The notes: a model not told the origin generated them from the sequence alone. A DNA stretch of 62,519 bases, filler included, from Pirum gemmata (GCA_002812295.1; 11 parts of 11 records of this genome joined end to end with filler, not necessarily neighbours in it), one strand, 5' to 3'; numbered from the whole stretch's first letter, positions 26,480 to 40,463 are shown. Program-made: numbers and translations.

Positions 26480-26923
26480 TTAAAGAATATTGGTTTATAA
26501 ATGTTTTGAAACAGGATAGATGATCAGTGGTCATTAAGCCTTCAAAGATAAAGGGTAATTAAATAAATTAAATGTTAAATAAATAAATAAATCAATAAAT
26601 AAATATAAATAAAATAAATAAAAATAATAATATTAAAAATAAAAACATTGATGTTTTATAATATAATTATAATCATAATAATTATAATAATAGTAATGTT
26701 AATAGTAATAATAATATTAATAATAATAATAATTACTATTACTAGTACTATTAAGTACTATTACTATTACTATTACTATTACTATTACTACTANNNNNNN
26801 NNNNNNNNNNNNNNNNNNNNNNNNNNNNNNNNNNNNNTTAATTAATTAANNNNNNNNNNNNNNNNNNNNNNNNNNNNNNNNNNNNNNNNNNNNAATACTA
26901 ATAATAATAATAATAACAAATTT

Positions 26924-29900
26924 TTAACCTTCTCCACAAGCCTCACAGTAAGTAACTTCATCATCATCAAGAATACAACCACAAGTAGTACAAGTACAAT
27001 CATCACAATAGTTATGTTGTTCTGGGGTTAGAACTACTTCACAAGAATTACTACGTATAAAAAGAAAAAAGAAATAGATAAAATTAGAAAATAGGTAACA
27101 CTCGATTTTTTTTTTGGACGCAAAAATGATTGTAGATTTGAACATTTACATTTTTTTAAAAAGACTTTCTAAAGTTCAAAAACGTTCAAAAATGTTCAAA
27201 AAATGTTCAATATACTTTTAAATAAGTTCGAAAACGTTCAAAAATGTTCAAAAAAATGTTCAATAATACATGTATACTAAACATGTTCAAAAATGTTCAA
27301 AAAATGTTCAAAAAATGTTCAAAAAATGTTCAAAAAATGTTCAAAAAATGTTCAAAAAATGTTCAAAAAATGTTCAAAAAATGTTCAAAAAATGTTCAAA
27401 AAATTACGATAATATATATCAGTAAATAGACAGTTTGTTAGTGAATTGTCAGTTTATAATCCTGGCGGAAATGGTGGTTATTCCAACAATGATCTAGTGC
27501 TTCTTACTGGTATACTTACCATGTACACTTGGTACAATAGCCTTTTCCACCAGATTTTTTGAAGGCTGGTTGAGGTTCTTCGCCAGTTGGTTTTTCTGGA
27601 CGGCCACAACGAGCGCAAGCACATCGGAGGCAAGTAACATAATCGCCAAACATGACATATTTATCTAAAAGGAAAGCATGTAATTAACAAAAAGCTCCAC
27701 TCAATAAGATTGACATACTACAAATAACAAACTACAAATAACAAACTACAAATAATAAACTACAAACAACAACCACACCAACAACAAACAAACAACCAAA
27801 AATCAACAACAACAACAACCAACAACCAACAACCAACAACCAACAACCAACAACCAACAACCAACAACCAACAACCAATAACCAATAAACAACACAACAA
27901 CAAACAACACAACAACAAACAACACAACAACACAACAACAAACAACAAGCAACCATATTAGGTTTTAAAAATACCTTCGGTGACAACAGTTGAACATTGG
28001 CAACACACACATTTCGGACAATAAGCTTTAGGGCCTTTCATTGTTTTGGTTTCTTCCTCGACCGGTGAAGAACAGTTACCACATACACACTTCTTACAAT
28101 ATGAGAAATCACCATGGTCGATTCCATCTTTACCATCTTTCCCTAATGGTGTGGCACAAGTATGACATAGACATTTGGTACAGTACATCCTACAAACACA
28201 AACACACAAACACACAAAAACACACAAACACACAAAAACACACAAACACACAAAAACACACATTCAAGTTAGAAACCGACTTCAAGTAACCAAATTCAAA
28301 TCTTTAAAAAATGAACACACATACACAAACACAAACGTACACAAACACAAACGTACACAAATACACACATACTCAAACACACAATACAATATACTTACTT
28401 TTTGTTCACTTCAGTTAATTCACCACGAACATCAGTAGATGGTTTACTACAACCTGTACACAAACATTTTTTACAATATTGATGGTTACCATATTTAGAT
28501 CTATCACCTTTAGCAACGCCATCGCCACATGCAAAACATTGACAATCCCCACAAGCAGAACCTTTCTCGAACGGCTTTTGAGTATCTTGCAATCGTCCAG
28601 TAAAAGCTTTGGAACAAATTACACACACACAATCACTACAATATTGTCCACCTGCATAATTAATTCGTTTATCACGACGACCTAATCCTTTATCACAAAG
28701 TGAACAGACGCAGTGATGACAATAACGTTTACCAGCAGGATTACTCTTTTCGGGGGTACGAGGATCAGTACCTTCTTTCAATGGAATCTTACAACCACCG
28801 CAGGCACAATTTTCACAGAATTTATCGCCTTTACGTCTAATGTATGCATATTTACCAACGTAGGTTGAACAAAGAGCGCATAAACAACTTTTACAAACAT
28901 TTCCTCCAGGAAAATTACCAGCAGCAGGAGCTTCTACATACTCGCCATCAACCAAAGGTTTTTGACATTCATCATCAGCACATACACATGTTGGACAATA
29001 TTTTTTACCGTCGACTTTAACCGGATCTGAAGGGTGTTTGCCACAACCCTCTCTAGAACATATACAATCTGGGCAATATCGTTTACCATCAATTTCTTTA
29101 AATTCATTGTTGACAAACGGTTTTCCACAAGTGGTATCAGCGCAATAACAATTTGGACAATACTTTTTGCCATCACTTACAATAGCATCAGGACCAGCTA
29201 AATCGTTACAATTGGAACATAAACAATCTGGACAATAACGCTTACCATCAATTTCTTTAAATTCGTTGTTGACAAATGGTTTCTTACACTCATCATCAGC
29301 ACAATGACAATTTTTACAGAATTTCTTACCATTCTTAGTGACAAAGTCTTCACCAGCTAATTCATCACAGTTACTGCACAAACAATCTGGGCAATAGCGC
29401 TTGCCATCGACTTCTTTGAACTTGTTGTTGACGAAAGGCTTTTTGCATTTCTCATCTGCACAGTGACAATCTTTACAAAACTTTTTGCCGTCTTTTGTGA
29501 CAAAATCCTCTCCGGCTAGATTTTCACAATTGGAACATAAACAATCCGGACAATATCTCTTACCGTCAACTTCTTTGTATTTGTTATTAACAAAAGGTTT
29601 TTTGCACTTGTCATCGGCACAATAACAGTCTGGGCAATATTTTTTGTTGTTTTTTACAACATGATCTGGACCCGCCAGTTGTTTACAGTTATTACACAAG
29701 CAATCGGGGCAATATTTTTTGCCATCTACAACACCAAATTCATTGTTCTTAAAAGGTTTCTTACATTCTTCGTCAGCACAAACACAACTGGGGCAGTATT
29801 TTTTACCATTATGCGTGTGTGTGTCATTAGGATCCAAAATTGATTTACAGGTAGTACATTTGTTTTCAGTGTCACACGAAGGACATATTTTTTTACACTC

Positions 29901-30951
29901 ACTAATCGGTCCATCATCAAGAGCGCGATATTTTCCTGGCAAAACACACTCTTTGCATTTGGTACATCTACATTTCTCACATGATAAGTGTTCATGATAG
30001 TTATCCCATTTAAAGTTTTCGTTTGGATCAATTGGATTTTTTTGGCAAGTATCACAATGGAAACACTCGTTGTGGAATTGTCTTCCTTGGGCAACAACGT
30101 AGTCATTATCATTGATTTCTTGTTGACATCTAGTACATGCTAGTTTCATGAAAGCAGCCAAATTAAGCTGTGGACCTTTGTAGTCAGGCATCGCACGCAC
30201 AGCAACCCCCAGCCAATAAATGTTGATACACACATCCCTCATGATTTTATCAATAACTTTTTGTTGATCAGCCTGGGCTTTCTTTTGATCAGAGCCTACA
30301 ATACCACTCTCATTACCACCATGAAATGTAGAAGCTGTAAACAACACAGTGTCTTTCAATCCAATACCACGGCAAGCTTGCAAAAATGCTTCTAAATTCT
30401 CCATAGATGGAAAAGGTGATTTGGATTTGTTTATACGTTTAACGGCTTTAGGTTTGATGCAATTAACAAACCGACATAATCTTTGACCATCTTTCAAACC
30501 AGAGTGAAAATCTTCATTTGAAGCTAATTTCTCCTGTAAAACAGCTTCAATCCAAGCTGAAAATGACACACAACGTAATAGTAGTAAGTAGTAGTAGTAA
30601 GTAGTAAGTAGTAAGTAGTAAGTAGTAAGTAGTAAGTAGTAGTAGTAAGTAGTAGTAAGTAAGTAGTAGTAAGTAAATAGTAGTAGTAAATAGTATCAAA
30701 TGGTATTAGTAGCAAAACAGTTAAGTTATAGTTATAGTTGTAGTGTTGCGGTTGTTGTTGTTGTTGTAGTCGAATTTGTGCATGTAGTCATTGCAGTATT
30801 AGTAGTAATAGTGGTGGTGGTGGTGGTGGTGGTGGAATAATAGTAATAGTATCAATAAAAAGTGCTTACCTAAAGATTCGCTTTTGGCCAGCCCTAAATC
30901 AAAGGCAGAGTCTTCTGTGAACTGCCCGTCTATTTCTTCTGCTTGTGACAT
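26924..30951 (-). CDS. CH-domain + LIM + ~25 tandem C4 zinc-finger protein (~908 aa, 5 exons)
   Basis: Exons 30951-30870, 30556-28399, 28189-27975, 27664-27520 and 27050-26924 are joined by GT-AG introns with consistent phases (2727 nt total). CH: AWIEAVL...LKDGQRLCRFVN...MENLEAFLQAC. LIM: CTRC...FHNECFHCDTC...CEKC. The last exon may instead splice at 26928 into the gap. Confidence 0.88.
27172..27403. repeat. 11-bp minisatellite (AAAAAATGTTC)n in an intron
   Basis: Seen directly within the last intron of the CH-LIM gene. Confidence 0.9.
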
Positions 30952-32481
30952 TTTGATTTCTGTTAAAACATACCAGCATAAACACGTTAAATATTATAGA
31001 GAGGTCCGAAAAAAAACCCAAAAAACAACACACCAAAACAAACACACCAAAACAAACACACCAAAACAAACACACAAAACCAAATACACAAAAACAAACA
31101 CACAAAAACAACACACAAAAACAAACACACAAAAACAAACACACAAAACCAAACACACAAAACCAGACACTATAACAATACTAAAAAATGTATAATAAAA
31201 AAAATGAAAGAAAGTTACTTTTTTCTTTTCTGTTGGGATTCCAAGTTTAAACTATTTTCAAGTTTATTGTTAAAATTTCCTTCTTCCTTTTTTATTTTTA
31301 TTTTTATTTTTATTTTTATTTTTATTTATTTTTATTTTTTATTTTATTCTTTTATTATTATTATTATTATTTTATTTTATTTTTTTATTTTTTTAAAAAA
31401 CTTTTTATTTTTTTTATGAAAAAGACATTAAATATTTATAACACAACGCAACCAACAGAATTGAAAGTGAATACAATATTTTCTTCTACAACAATGAGTT
31501 TTTCAAAATAGTAACACTTTTTTTAATTTTTTGCAAAATAAAAAATATATTTATGCTGTTTTTATGCTTACAAAAAAAAAACTGAAAAAAAATCCCAAAA
31601 GAAGAAAAAAAAAAAAAAAATTATTTCTTTTTTTATTTTTTTTGATTGCAAGAAAAAAAAAAAAAAAAAACTACTAGCTAAATTCTACAGCCCGACAAAA
31701 TGGCTTAAAAAGTGCTATTTTCTATTATTTTCTTCAGTTTTGGGAAAAGTAAATCAAATTGAATATTTTTAGTATACTTTTTTCCAAAATAATTGAAAGT
31801 TACTAAAAAAAGTAAAATTATCAAAACTTTGAAAACAGTGAAGTTAGGTTCCAAACATATTTGATAAATAACCACTCGAATATAAAAATAATATTTTCGA
31901 GTTTTGTGTAGGCAGCGTATTGGAGTTTTTAGGCGCAGAGGAGCAATGCAGGTCCTGTGTATTATTCGTGTACAAAATCAGATCTTTTTTTTTTCGTTTT
32001 TTTTTATTATTATTACTACTAGCTAGCTAGCTAGCTAGCCTAATAGTGGTAGGCAGTGGTTAGCTAGCTATAGCTAGCTAGAGTGGTAGGCCTAACCCCC
32101 CCCCCCCCTCCTGAAACTCAGTTCTGAAAACTACTATTAAATTTTTTTTTTTTTTTTNNNNNNNNNNNNNNNNNNNNNNNNNNNNNNNNAATAATAATAT
32201 AGTGCTAATGTGTTGGTGTGTTAGTGTATTATATATATATATATATATATATATGATTATATTCTTATATTCTTATATCTATATATAGTAAAATTTACGA
32301 ATGCGAAAAAGAGTGATAAAAATAAAAACAATAAATTTTATTCGTATTATGATATCTTTATATTGTAGCCAGGTTCAACTGACCATAGATAAACAAAATA
32401 ATAATAATAATAATAATAATTAGCAACCGCCTTTGCACATTGGATAATAATTAGCAACCGCCTTTGCACACTGGATAATAA

Positions 32482-33248
32482 TTAGCAACCGCCTTTGCAC
32501 ACTGGATTAGAACCGTTCTTCATACTGAAATTATCAGCAGAAAGTGATTTCATGCATTCTGTACATTTAAAGCATTCAGCGTGCCAATTCATATCATCAC
32601 CAAAACTCATATAGGAACCAGAAACAGATTGACCGCAACCGTTACAATCGGGCAATCCAGCCGCACGCCCAATGCAATCTTTACAATATGGCTCTTCATT
32701 ATGAGACATAAATCCACCTGAAAGGGTTCCTTCACAACCAAAGCACACAAAACATTCTTTGTGGAATGATTTATCTAATGCTTTCACCACTGAACCAAAC
32801 AAATCCCCACCACATTTAAAGCATCCTTCTTCGTGCCCACCTAGGGGTAGGGTTAACAAAAATATTAAATAAAATGTTAAAAAACGGGAAGGGAATGTGA
32901 GTGAATTTTTTTAATTAGAAATTAATTATTATACATTATATATTTTATTTATGAATAATAAATAAAATATATAATGTATAATAATTAATAATTAATAATA
33001 ATTTATCAATAACTAACAATTAATACAAACAAACAACAATAACAAACAATAAAAATAATAAATAATAAAATAATTAAAAAGAAAAAAAATACCTTTTGCA
33101 GCTGTAGGCTCTCTTGGAGGAGAAGCTTTTTTGGCAGGGGCAGCACTCTTCGAGGCTGCTTTAGGGGGAGGTTTAGCGGCACCTTTAGGTTCTTTTCCTG
33201 CCTTTTTCTCCTCACGGGCTTGTTTCCTAGTTTTATGGCCGGATTTAC
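32482..33248 (-). CDS. LIM-domain protein, last two exons (Lys/Pro/Ala-rich linker + 2 LIM domains)
   Basis: Exon 33248-33093 (KSGHKTRKQAREEKK...PTAAK) and exon 32840-32482 are phase-consistent. LIMs: CFKC...FHKECFVCFGC...YCKDC and CNGC...WHAECFKCTEC...VCKGGC. Confidence 0.9.
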
Positions 33249-33404
33249 CTATAAAAGTCGTAGATAATGACGTTAGCTATAGAAAAAGAAACAGTCGCAA
33301 TAATNNNNNNNNNNNNNNNNNNNNNNNNNNNNNNNNNNNNNNNNNNNNTTAATTAATTAANNNNNNNNNNNNNNNNNNNNNNNNNNNNNNNNNNNNNNNN
33401 NNNN

Positions 33405-33905
33405 TTAGGGTTAGGGTTAGGGTTAGGGTTAGGGTTAAGAATTGATACTTTCAACCCTAAAAAAACAAATATCAACATTAATTACTAAAATGTAAAATTA
33501 ATAACTATAATAACATCAATTAGTGCAATATTAATAACTACAATATTAATATAATATAAAGTTAATTAAAAAAATGAACTTAATTAATATAATGATTTTT
33601 ATTATTGAAGAACGCTAACGCTAACGCTAACCTCAACCCCAACCCTAACCCTAACCCTAACCCTAGTTATAACCTTAACCCTAATTATAACCCTAATTAC
33701 CCTAATTACCCTAACCCTAACCCTAACCCTAACCCTAACTCTGACCCTAACCCTGATCCTAACAGTCCCTAACCCTAACCTGACAACCAATCCCTAACCT
33801 AATCCTACTTCAATTATTAGAATTAATTGATTATAATTTTAACTTTTTTCTTTTTAGGGTTTTTAAAGAGCATGTTAGGGTTAGGGTTAGGGTTAGGGTT
33901 AGGGC
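33405..33905. repeat. TTAGGG/CCCTAA arrays in both orientations
   Basis: TTAGGG at 33405-33436 and 33875-33904; CCCTAA and variants at ~33615-33805. Confidence 0.9.
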
Positions 33906-34229
33906 TATAGTATTAGTTAAATTTAGAAACGATAATGTTTTAAATCATTACTAATGTTTTCTTTTGTTATGTTTTGTTGTTTTTAATTATTATAAACAAT
34001 ACAATTAAAAATTGTGAAATAAAATAATGTAATTTTTGTTTTTTTATTTTCATAATAATTTATTTTTTATTTTATTGGTAAAAAGGGTGCTTGTTTTTCT
34101 CACAAACTTAATTAAAACTTAACTTTTTTATCATATAATTAATTAAAATTAATTAATTAATAAATGTTGATGTTTTTCTTTTTAGGGTTTAAAGTGTATT
34201 CTATAATAGAATACACAAGTATTACAAAG

Positions 34230-34845
34230 GGAATCTTTTCCATTTGGTCCTGGATGTTTTTCTTTTTATGGTTTTAAAGTACTAGTTCTTCTATAATAAA
34301 ATGTGAAATCATCTGTTTTAAAGCATTTTGAACTTGAGGTGCTTCTAATAATATTACTATGTTATTTTCAGTTTTAGTATCCCAAGGTCTCCAGAAATTT
34401 AAAGCTTCTTGTTTCTGATTTGGCAAGTTACTTGGCACATAGTTATTTATTATTATTCTTTTTTATTATTGTTTATGCATATTATTGTTTGTTTTTATTG
34501 TTACTTTTTAGATTTGTTTTTTATCTTATTTATTTTTTTGTAGTTTTGTGTTACTTTTTACTAAAAAGAAATTACGATAAAAATAAAATCAAAAGAAAAT
34601 TGGCACTGTTTTTCAAAGCAGCGAAACTTGTGGATTTAGCTGTAGAAAAACTAGTCTGGTTTTTTCAAAAATGCATGATAATGATAATGATAATGATAAT
34701 GATAATGACATTGATAATGATAATGATAATGATAATGACAATGATAATGATATTGGTATTAATAACGATAATGATAATGACACATAACGTTATAATAGTG
34801 CAGGAAGAGGGTGGAGGAGAAGAGCGCGGGGGGTATAGTGCAGGC

Positions 34846-34876
<31 letters not shown>

Positions 34877-36070
34877 ATCAGAATTTGGTGTCTTTTGTTA
34901 GTATTTTGTTTTAGTTTTTTGTATAATAAAATATAGCTATAGTATGGGTTGAAAAAAGAAGAAAAATAATATTTTCCTTTTTTCGTTAATTTTGAGTTTA
35001 GTAATTGATAAATTAAGGTGATTGTAATTACAATATATATTATTATATTAATGTTGTGTGTGGAGTAATAGTAGTAGTTATATTTATATCTGATAGTGTG
35101 TTTTCTTTTTAGTCACCCACCCACCCTTATTTAGTCTGTTGATTTTTTTCTGTTAGAATCGATTTAGGAGTGAGTGTGTAATGGAGTGAGGGGGGGCTGG
35201 TTTGGGCCTGAGCTGAGGATTTCGGCTCAACCCCAGCCCCTGTCCAGTTTTAGGCCGACAACTTTAGATAAATTTAGGGTATAACAGTGGTATAACGATA
35301 GGTGGTTAAGGTTACTGGCAACAAAAGAAAAAACAAGAAAAGTAATAAAAAGAAAATACGAATAAAAATATAACTAAAGATTTGGGCCTGAGCTGAGGTG
35401 TCCAGTTTTAGGCCGACAACTTTAGATAAAGTTAGGGTATAACGATAGGTTACTGGCAAGAAAAGAAAAAACAAGAAAAGTAATAAAAAGAAAATACTGA
35501 ATAAAAATATAACTGAAGATATTTTTGACAAATAGTAAGATTACCAACTACTATGGCCGAATTTTTGTTGTTGTTTGTTGTTCTTGATTTCTTGTTTCTT
35601 TTTGCTAAAGTAAACTTGGATATGATTGGTTTACGCCGACTTTGCGGTTTTCATTTAAGTAACTGTAAGTTATTAGCGAATCATAATTATGTACCAGAGA
35701 TTTGTACACAAATCATTAATGTAAGTTAATGTAATAGGGTTAGAATTTAGGCTGCTGGTAAAAACTTCTAGGCACATGTTATGATTAGTTAAAAACGCAA
35801 CAAAAAGCTGTAAATTTTAAGCTATAAATAAAAAATCTAAAAAAAAAAAATAATAATAATGGCTCGTTTTCTTCTAATCTCTTTTACAACAAGTAGTCAA
35901 AAGCGTCAATTATTATTTCTGGAATATTCATACTAAAACTGAAAATAACAATGCGAACGTTAACAATAGCTTAGTAATTTTATTAGAAACACCTAATAGT
36001 CAAAATGCTTTTTTAAAAAACTTATAATTATAATTACACAAAAGAAAACAGAGACCAAATGCAAAAGCTG
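34230..36070. mobile_element. Decayed foldback/long-TIR element
   Basis: ~34230-34400 (CATTTGGTC...AAAGCATTTTGA...TGTTATTTTCAGTTTTAGTAT...CCAGAAAT) is inverted at ~35915-36070. An internal tandem duplication lies at 35201-35380/35381-35520. Confidence 0.55.
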
Positions 36071-36328
36071 AAGTTGGGGTTAATAATAATAATAATAATA
36101 ATGATAATAATAATAGTTTATTGTTAAATGGTTTATATTACATATTGTAATACCCTAACCCTAACCCTAACCCTAACCCTAACCCTAAAGGACTGCATTA
36201 CTTTACTTCAAAAACCTGATACTGAGGGTTGGGTTGAAAGGGACGTTGCCGCTTTAATAGCGGAAGCGCACATGTGGAGGGAGATGTTGAATATCGATTT
36301 GGCTTCCATGTAAATTTTGTAAATTTAT

Positions 36329-37050
36329 TATTATGGTAAGCTAGATAATCAAACATATATTTTCGAGCCAATATTTTTAGTAGTAAATTCGTTGATCAAA
36401 TGGTATGGTAAGATAGATAATCGAACATATATTTTCGAGCCTATGTTTTTAATAGTAAGTATGGTAAGATGGATAATCGAACATATATTTTCGAGCCAAT
36501 GTTTTTAATAGTAATTTTGTTGATCAAATGTTTTGCTCCACACATTTTTATGGTAAGATGGATAATCGAACATATATTTTCGAGCCTTTGTTTTTAATAG
36601 TAATTATGCTGATCAAATGTTTTTCTTGAAACATTATTATGGTAAGATGATAATCGAATATATAATGTCGAGCCTTTGTTTTTAATAGTAATTTTTTGAT
36701 CAAATATTTTTCATTATGGTAAGATGGATAATCGCACATGTATTTTCGAGCCTATGTTTTTAAAAGTATTTTTGTTGATTAAATATTTTGCTCGAAACAT
36801 TATTATGGTAAGATAGGTAATCGAACATTGTTTTCGAGCCTATGTTTTTAATAGTAATTTTGTTGATCAAATATTTGCTCAAAACATTATTATGGTAAGA
36901 TAGATAATCAAACATATATTTTCGAGCCTATGTTTTTAATAGTAAATTAATTAAATGTTTCGAGCATAGTAAGATAGATAATCGAACATATTTTTTCGAG
37001 CCTAAGTTTTTAATAGTAAATTTTTTGATCAAATGTTTCGCTCGAACATT
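36329..37050 (+). repeat. Minisatellite, 9 units of ~57-89 bp
   Basis: Core GGTAAGATRGATAATCGAACATATATTTTCGAGCCTATGTTTTTAATAGTAA near 36335, 36406, 36463, 36552, 36641, 36718, 36807, 36894 and 36968. Confidence 0.92.
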
Positions 37051-37427
37051 ATTATTAGAATAGACCAGAGGACAATAGTAATCGTTACGTTATTCGGGTC
37101 AAAACTCGGAATGGGCACCATTGTAATTTAATATGGAAATTATTGTAACCTAATATGCAAAATATTGCAACTTTATATTGAAAAATATTACCTAGTATGG
37201 GTTTAACTGTCTTTATGTAGATCGAGACAAAGATAAAACGTCATGTGTGTAATATATATACAGCAAAAAACTCGATTACTATTACTTTTACTTTTACTAT
37301 TACTATTACTGTCACTTTTACTTATTACTATTACTTATTACTATTACTATTACTATTACTATTACTATTACTATTACTATTACTATTATTACTATTATTA
37401 TTACTTTTGCTATTTCTATTACTAATT

Positions 37428-38135
37428 ATATTAGTATTACTATTCGAAAATTTTAAAACATGTTCGATGTTATTGTTATTATTCCTTTAATGGATATTTC
37501 AACTTAATATAAAGAAAGCTACTAATATGGTATTTAATTTACTATAAAAAGTAAATTAATTTTTTAATATTAGTATTACTATTCGAAAAATTTAAAAAAA
37601 ATATTCGATGTTATTGCTATTATTCCTTTAATGGATATTTCATACTTAATATAAAGAAAGCTACTAATATGGTATTTAATTTATTATAAAAGCAAATTAA
37701 TTACTATGAATAGGTAGTTTTTTTCAACTTTTTATATAGACTTTATTTTGGTATGTTATAATAAGCATAAAACACCAAAAAATAAGGATATTGACCCAAA
37801 TTAAAGCTTATTTTCATATGAAAACATTAATTTCCACACTTATATCATGTGACCTCCACCAGTGTAGGTCTCATGCTTATATTAAGACTTGACTGTTTAA
37901 TAGTATTTATAAAACACCAAAAAATAAGGTAGTGAGTGTTATTGACCCAAAATTGGAGCTTATTTTTATATGAAAACATTAATTTCCACTTATACTAAGA
38001 CTTTACTATTTAATAGTATTTATAAAGACGTTATTTTGGTATGTTATAGTAATTATAAAACACCAAAAAAATTAGATATTGACCCAAATTAGTGCTTATT
38101 TTCATATGAAAACATTAATTTGAACACTTATATTA
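37428..38135 (+). repeat. Tandem duplications (2 x ~135 bp; 3 x ~110-170 bp)
   Basis: 37428-37561 matches 37567-37702. The AAAACACCAAAAAA...TTGACCCAAA...GAAAACATTAATTT unit occurs three times in 37735-38135. Confidence 0.85.
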
Positions 38136-39719
38136 CGACTAATTAGCATTAATTAGGAATGCGAAATGTTTAATTTTCCTTGATCTTAAAAATGGATGAG
38201 TTCTGTTCAATAAACTCGAAGTTTCAGATTTTCGAACATGCAAATAATTGGGAGACCAAGTTATCGTCTATTTCATTGCAGTTGTTCGCTGGATTGTTAA
38301 TTTGGTATTGTTTAAGTGTATAATTGAACTAGTTTAGAAAATACAACATTGCTTATATAATCCAAAATTAATTAAAACATGACTGATAATTTTACTATAA
38401 TAATAATTTGGTACCGATTATTTCAATTTTTCAACTGGACAAAACTATTGAAAAACATGCGTACGATCATGCGTACGATCATGCGTACGATCGAGTCTAA
38501 AAGGAAGACTAGACTAAAAGGAAGAGCGTAATAAACCTGAGTATTACTATTACTATTACTATTACTATTACTATTACTATTACTATTACTATTACTATTA
38601 CTATATTACTATTACTATTACTACTACCATTACTATTGATATTACTATTAATTACTATTACTATTACTANNNNNNNNNNNNNNNNNNNNNNNNNNNNNNN
38701 NNNNNNNNNNNNNTTAATTAATTAANNNNNNNNNNNNNNNNNNNNNNNNNNNNNNNNNNNNNNNNNNNNTATATATATATATATATATTATAAATAATAT
38801 TTTTATACGGGCTGAACAAGGATCCTCTGATGCATTAGCATTAGAGAAAAATACCCCTATTTGGGAAATGGTAAATATGATTGCAATCATATAGTTTATT
38901 AAGAATTTGAAACCTTGCATTATTTTTGTGAATAGGTATTAAATTTATTAATTTGTTTATGTTTTAATAACTGTTTTTTCTTTACTTTTTACTTTTTTTA
39001 ATTTTTTTTTAAGTTTATAATAATCTTATAAATTTGAACTTTTAGCCTAATTGAGTCTTTTTACTTGTTTGTTTTCGCTTTATATACCGTATATATTATT
39101 ATTATTATAGTATTATTATTATTTATTTTATTTTTTTACATTTCCTGTTTATTTATGTTATGTTTTTTTGTATGGGGGGTTTTTTTTTCTTTATTTTTTT
39201 TGGGGGGGGTAGAGTCGGACCCCCAGCCAGTAGACCAGCTGGGGTAGACAGTAGACTATCATAGACAGGTCGTAGGAGTTTGTAGGTCTCATAGTTAACT
39301 ATCTCATGTTAGAACTATACTTCAATTGTGCTTTTGATTTATTTTGTCACTCTAAAATTCTGAATAATTATTTTTGGTGGGGTATAATCTTTAAATTGAT
39401 ATTATTAAATTAATAAATAGATAATAAAATAAACCAAATTAAATTAAATGGATGTATATTGTATCATCTTGGTACTTTTCATTGTATATTTGATTATGTT
39501 AAAACAACTGAAAAGCACTATGTAATAATGTTTTTATTATTTATACATGAGAAATATGCGAGTAGTTCTCATGGCTTTAATTAAATAATATGTGGTTATA
39601 AAAATTTAAAATTTTACAAAATTTAATTTATAATAATAATAATCAACTAATAATAATAATAATAATAGTAATAATAAAAAGTAGCTATGCATAGAAAAAC
39701 TCTGTACCTCGAGAAACTG

Positions 39720-39873
39720 TAGGGAAGCGTTCAAATGATACGTCACGTCAAGGGGTAGGTAAGTAGGTGGCATTTGACCAGATATTAACGTCGAGGGGTA
39801 GGTAGGTAGGTAGGGGTATTTGAAGCTGTATTTGACCAGAAGTTGGCGTTACGTAGTATTTGAACGCTCTCTA
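39720..39873 (+). mobile_element. Full-length MITE C copy
   Basis: TAGGGAAGCGTTCAAAT ... ATTTGAACGCTCTCTA, with the same interior as 490-633 and 1361-1500. A partial minus copy lies at ~17207-17287. Confidence 0.8.
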
Positions 39874-40463
39874 ATGTATTATTATTAGACCATGCCTATA
39901 TGATATTACAGGACTATTATCAGGATATATGATAGAATTATGATACCGGTATAATAGGACTATATCTATAGTCTTACACTATATATATTATTTTGTTTTT
40001 GTTCACAATTTTAAAGTTCATTTTAATAATTAATTACAGCCTAAAACAGTTTAAGTCACACTTTCGAGCAATGACTTCTATCAAAGAATAAGTGACGTCC
40101 TTTATGAATGTTCCCTTAGGAGGCTCCTTAGGGTAAAAACCCCGTCTGAAATAAAAAAACAGTTACTTTAATTTTTCACAGCCACAGCCCACAGTGGCCG
40201 TGAAACGCGGCGTGAATATCGAATAATAATTATAATATAATAGTAAATTTTCCAAAAAAAGGCATTTTTTGGTGGCTCTTGAGCCTTTTGGGGACAAGTT
40301 GGTTTCAAGTTGAGGTGTGGAGAAATGAGCACGTGGGTCAATAAAACTAAGATTATAGGTCTGTGGTGTTTTATGATGATGTCATAGTAGTAACTTGCTA
40401 TTAATAGTACTAATACTATGTACTAATAATAATAAAGTATAATAAGAATATGCATACTCTATC

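Noticed and set aside
33405..33436. True chromosome end
   Set aside because: TTAGGG at a contig's left end is the wrong orientation for a terminus, and similar tracts are interstitial throughout.
36329..37050. CRISPR-like array
   Set aside because: The inter-core segments are homologous to each other, the cores vary, there are no cas genes and the context is eukaryotic. It is a minisatellite.
38770..38920. Possible first exon of a secreted protein (MIAIIFTISQIGVFFSNANASEDPCSA)
   Set aside because: Too short and cut by the linker, so it cannot be supported.
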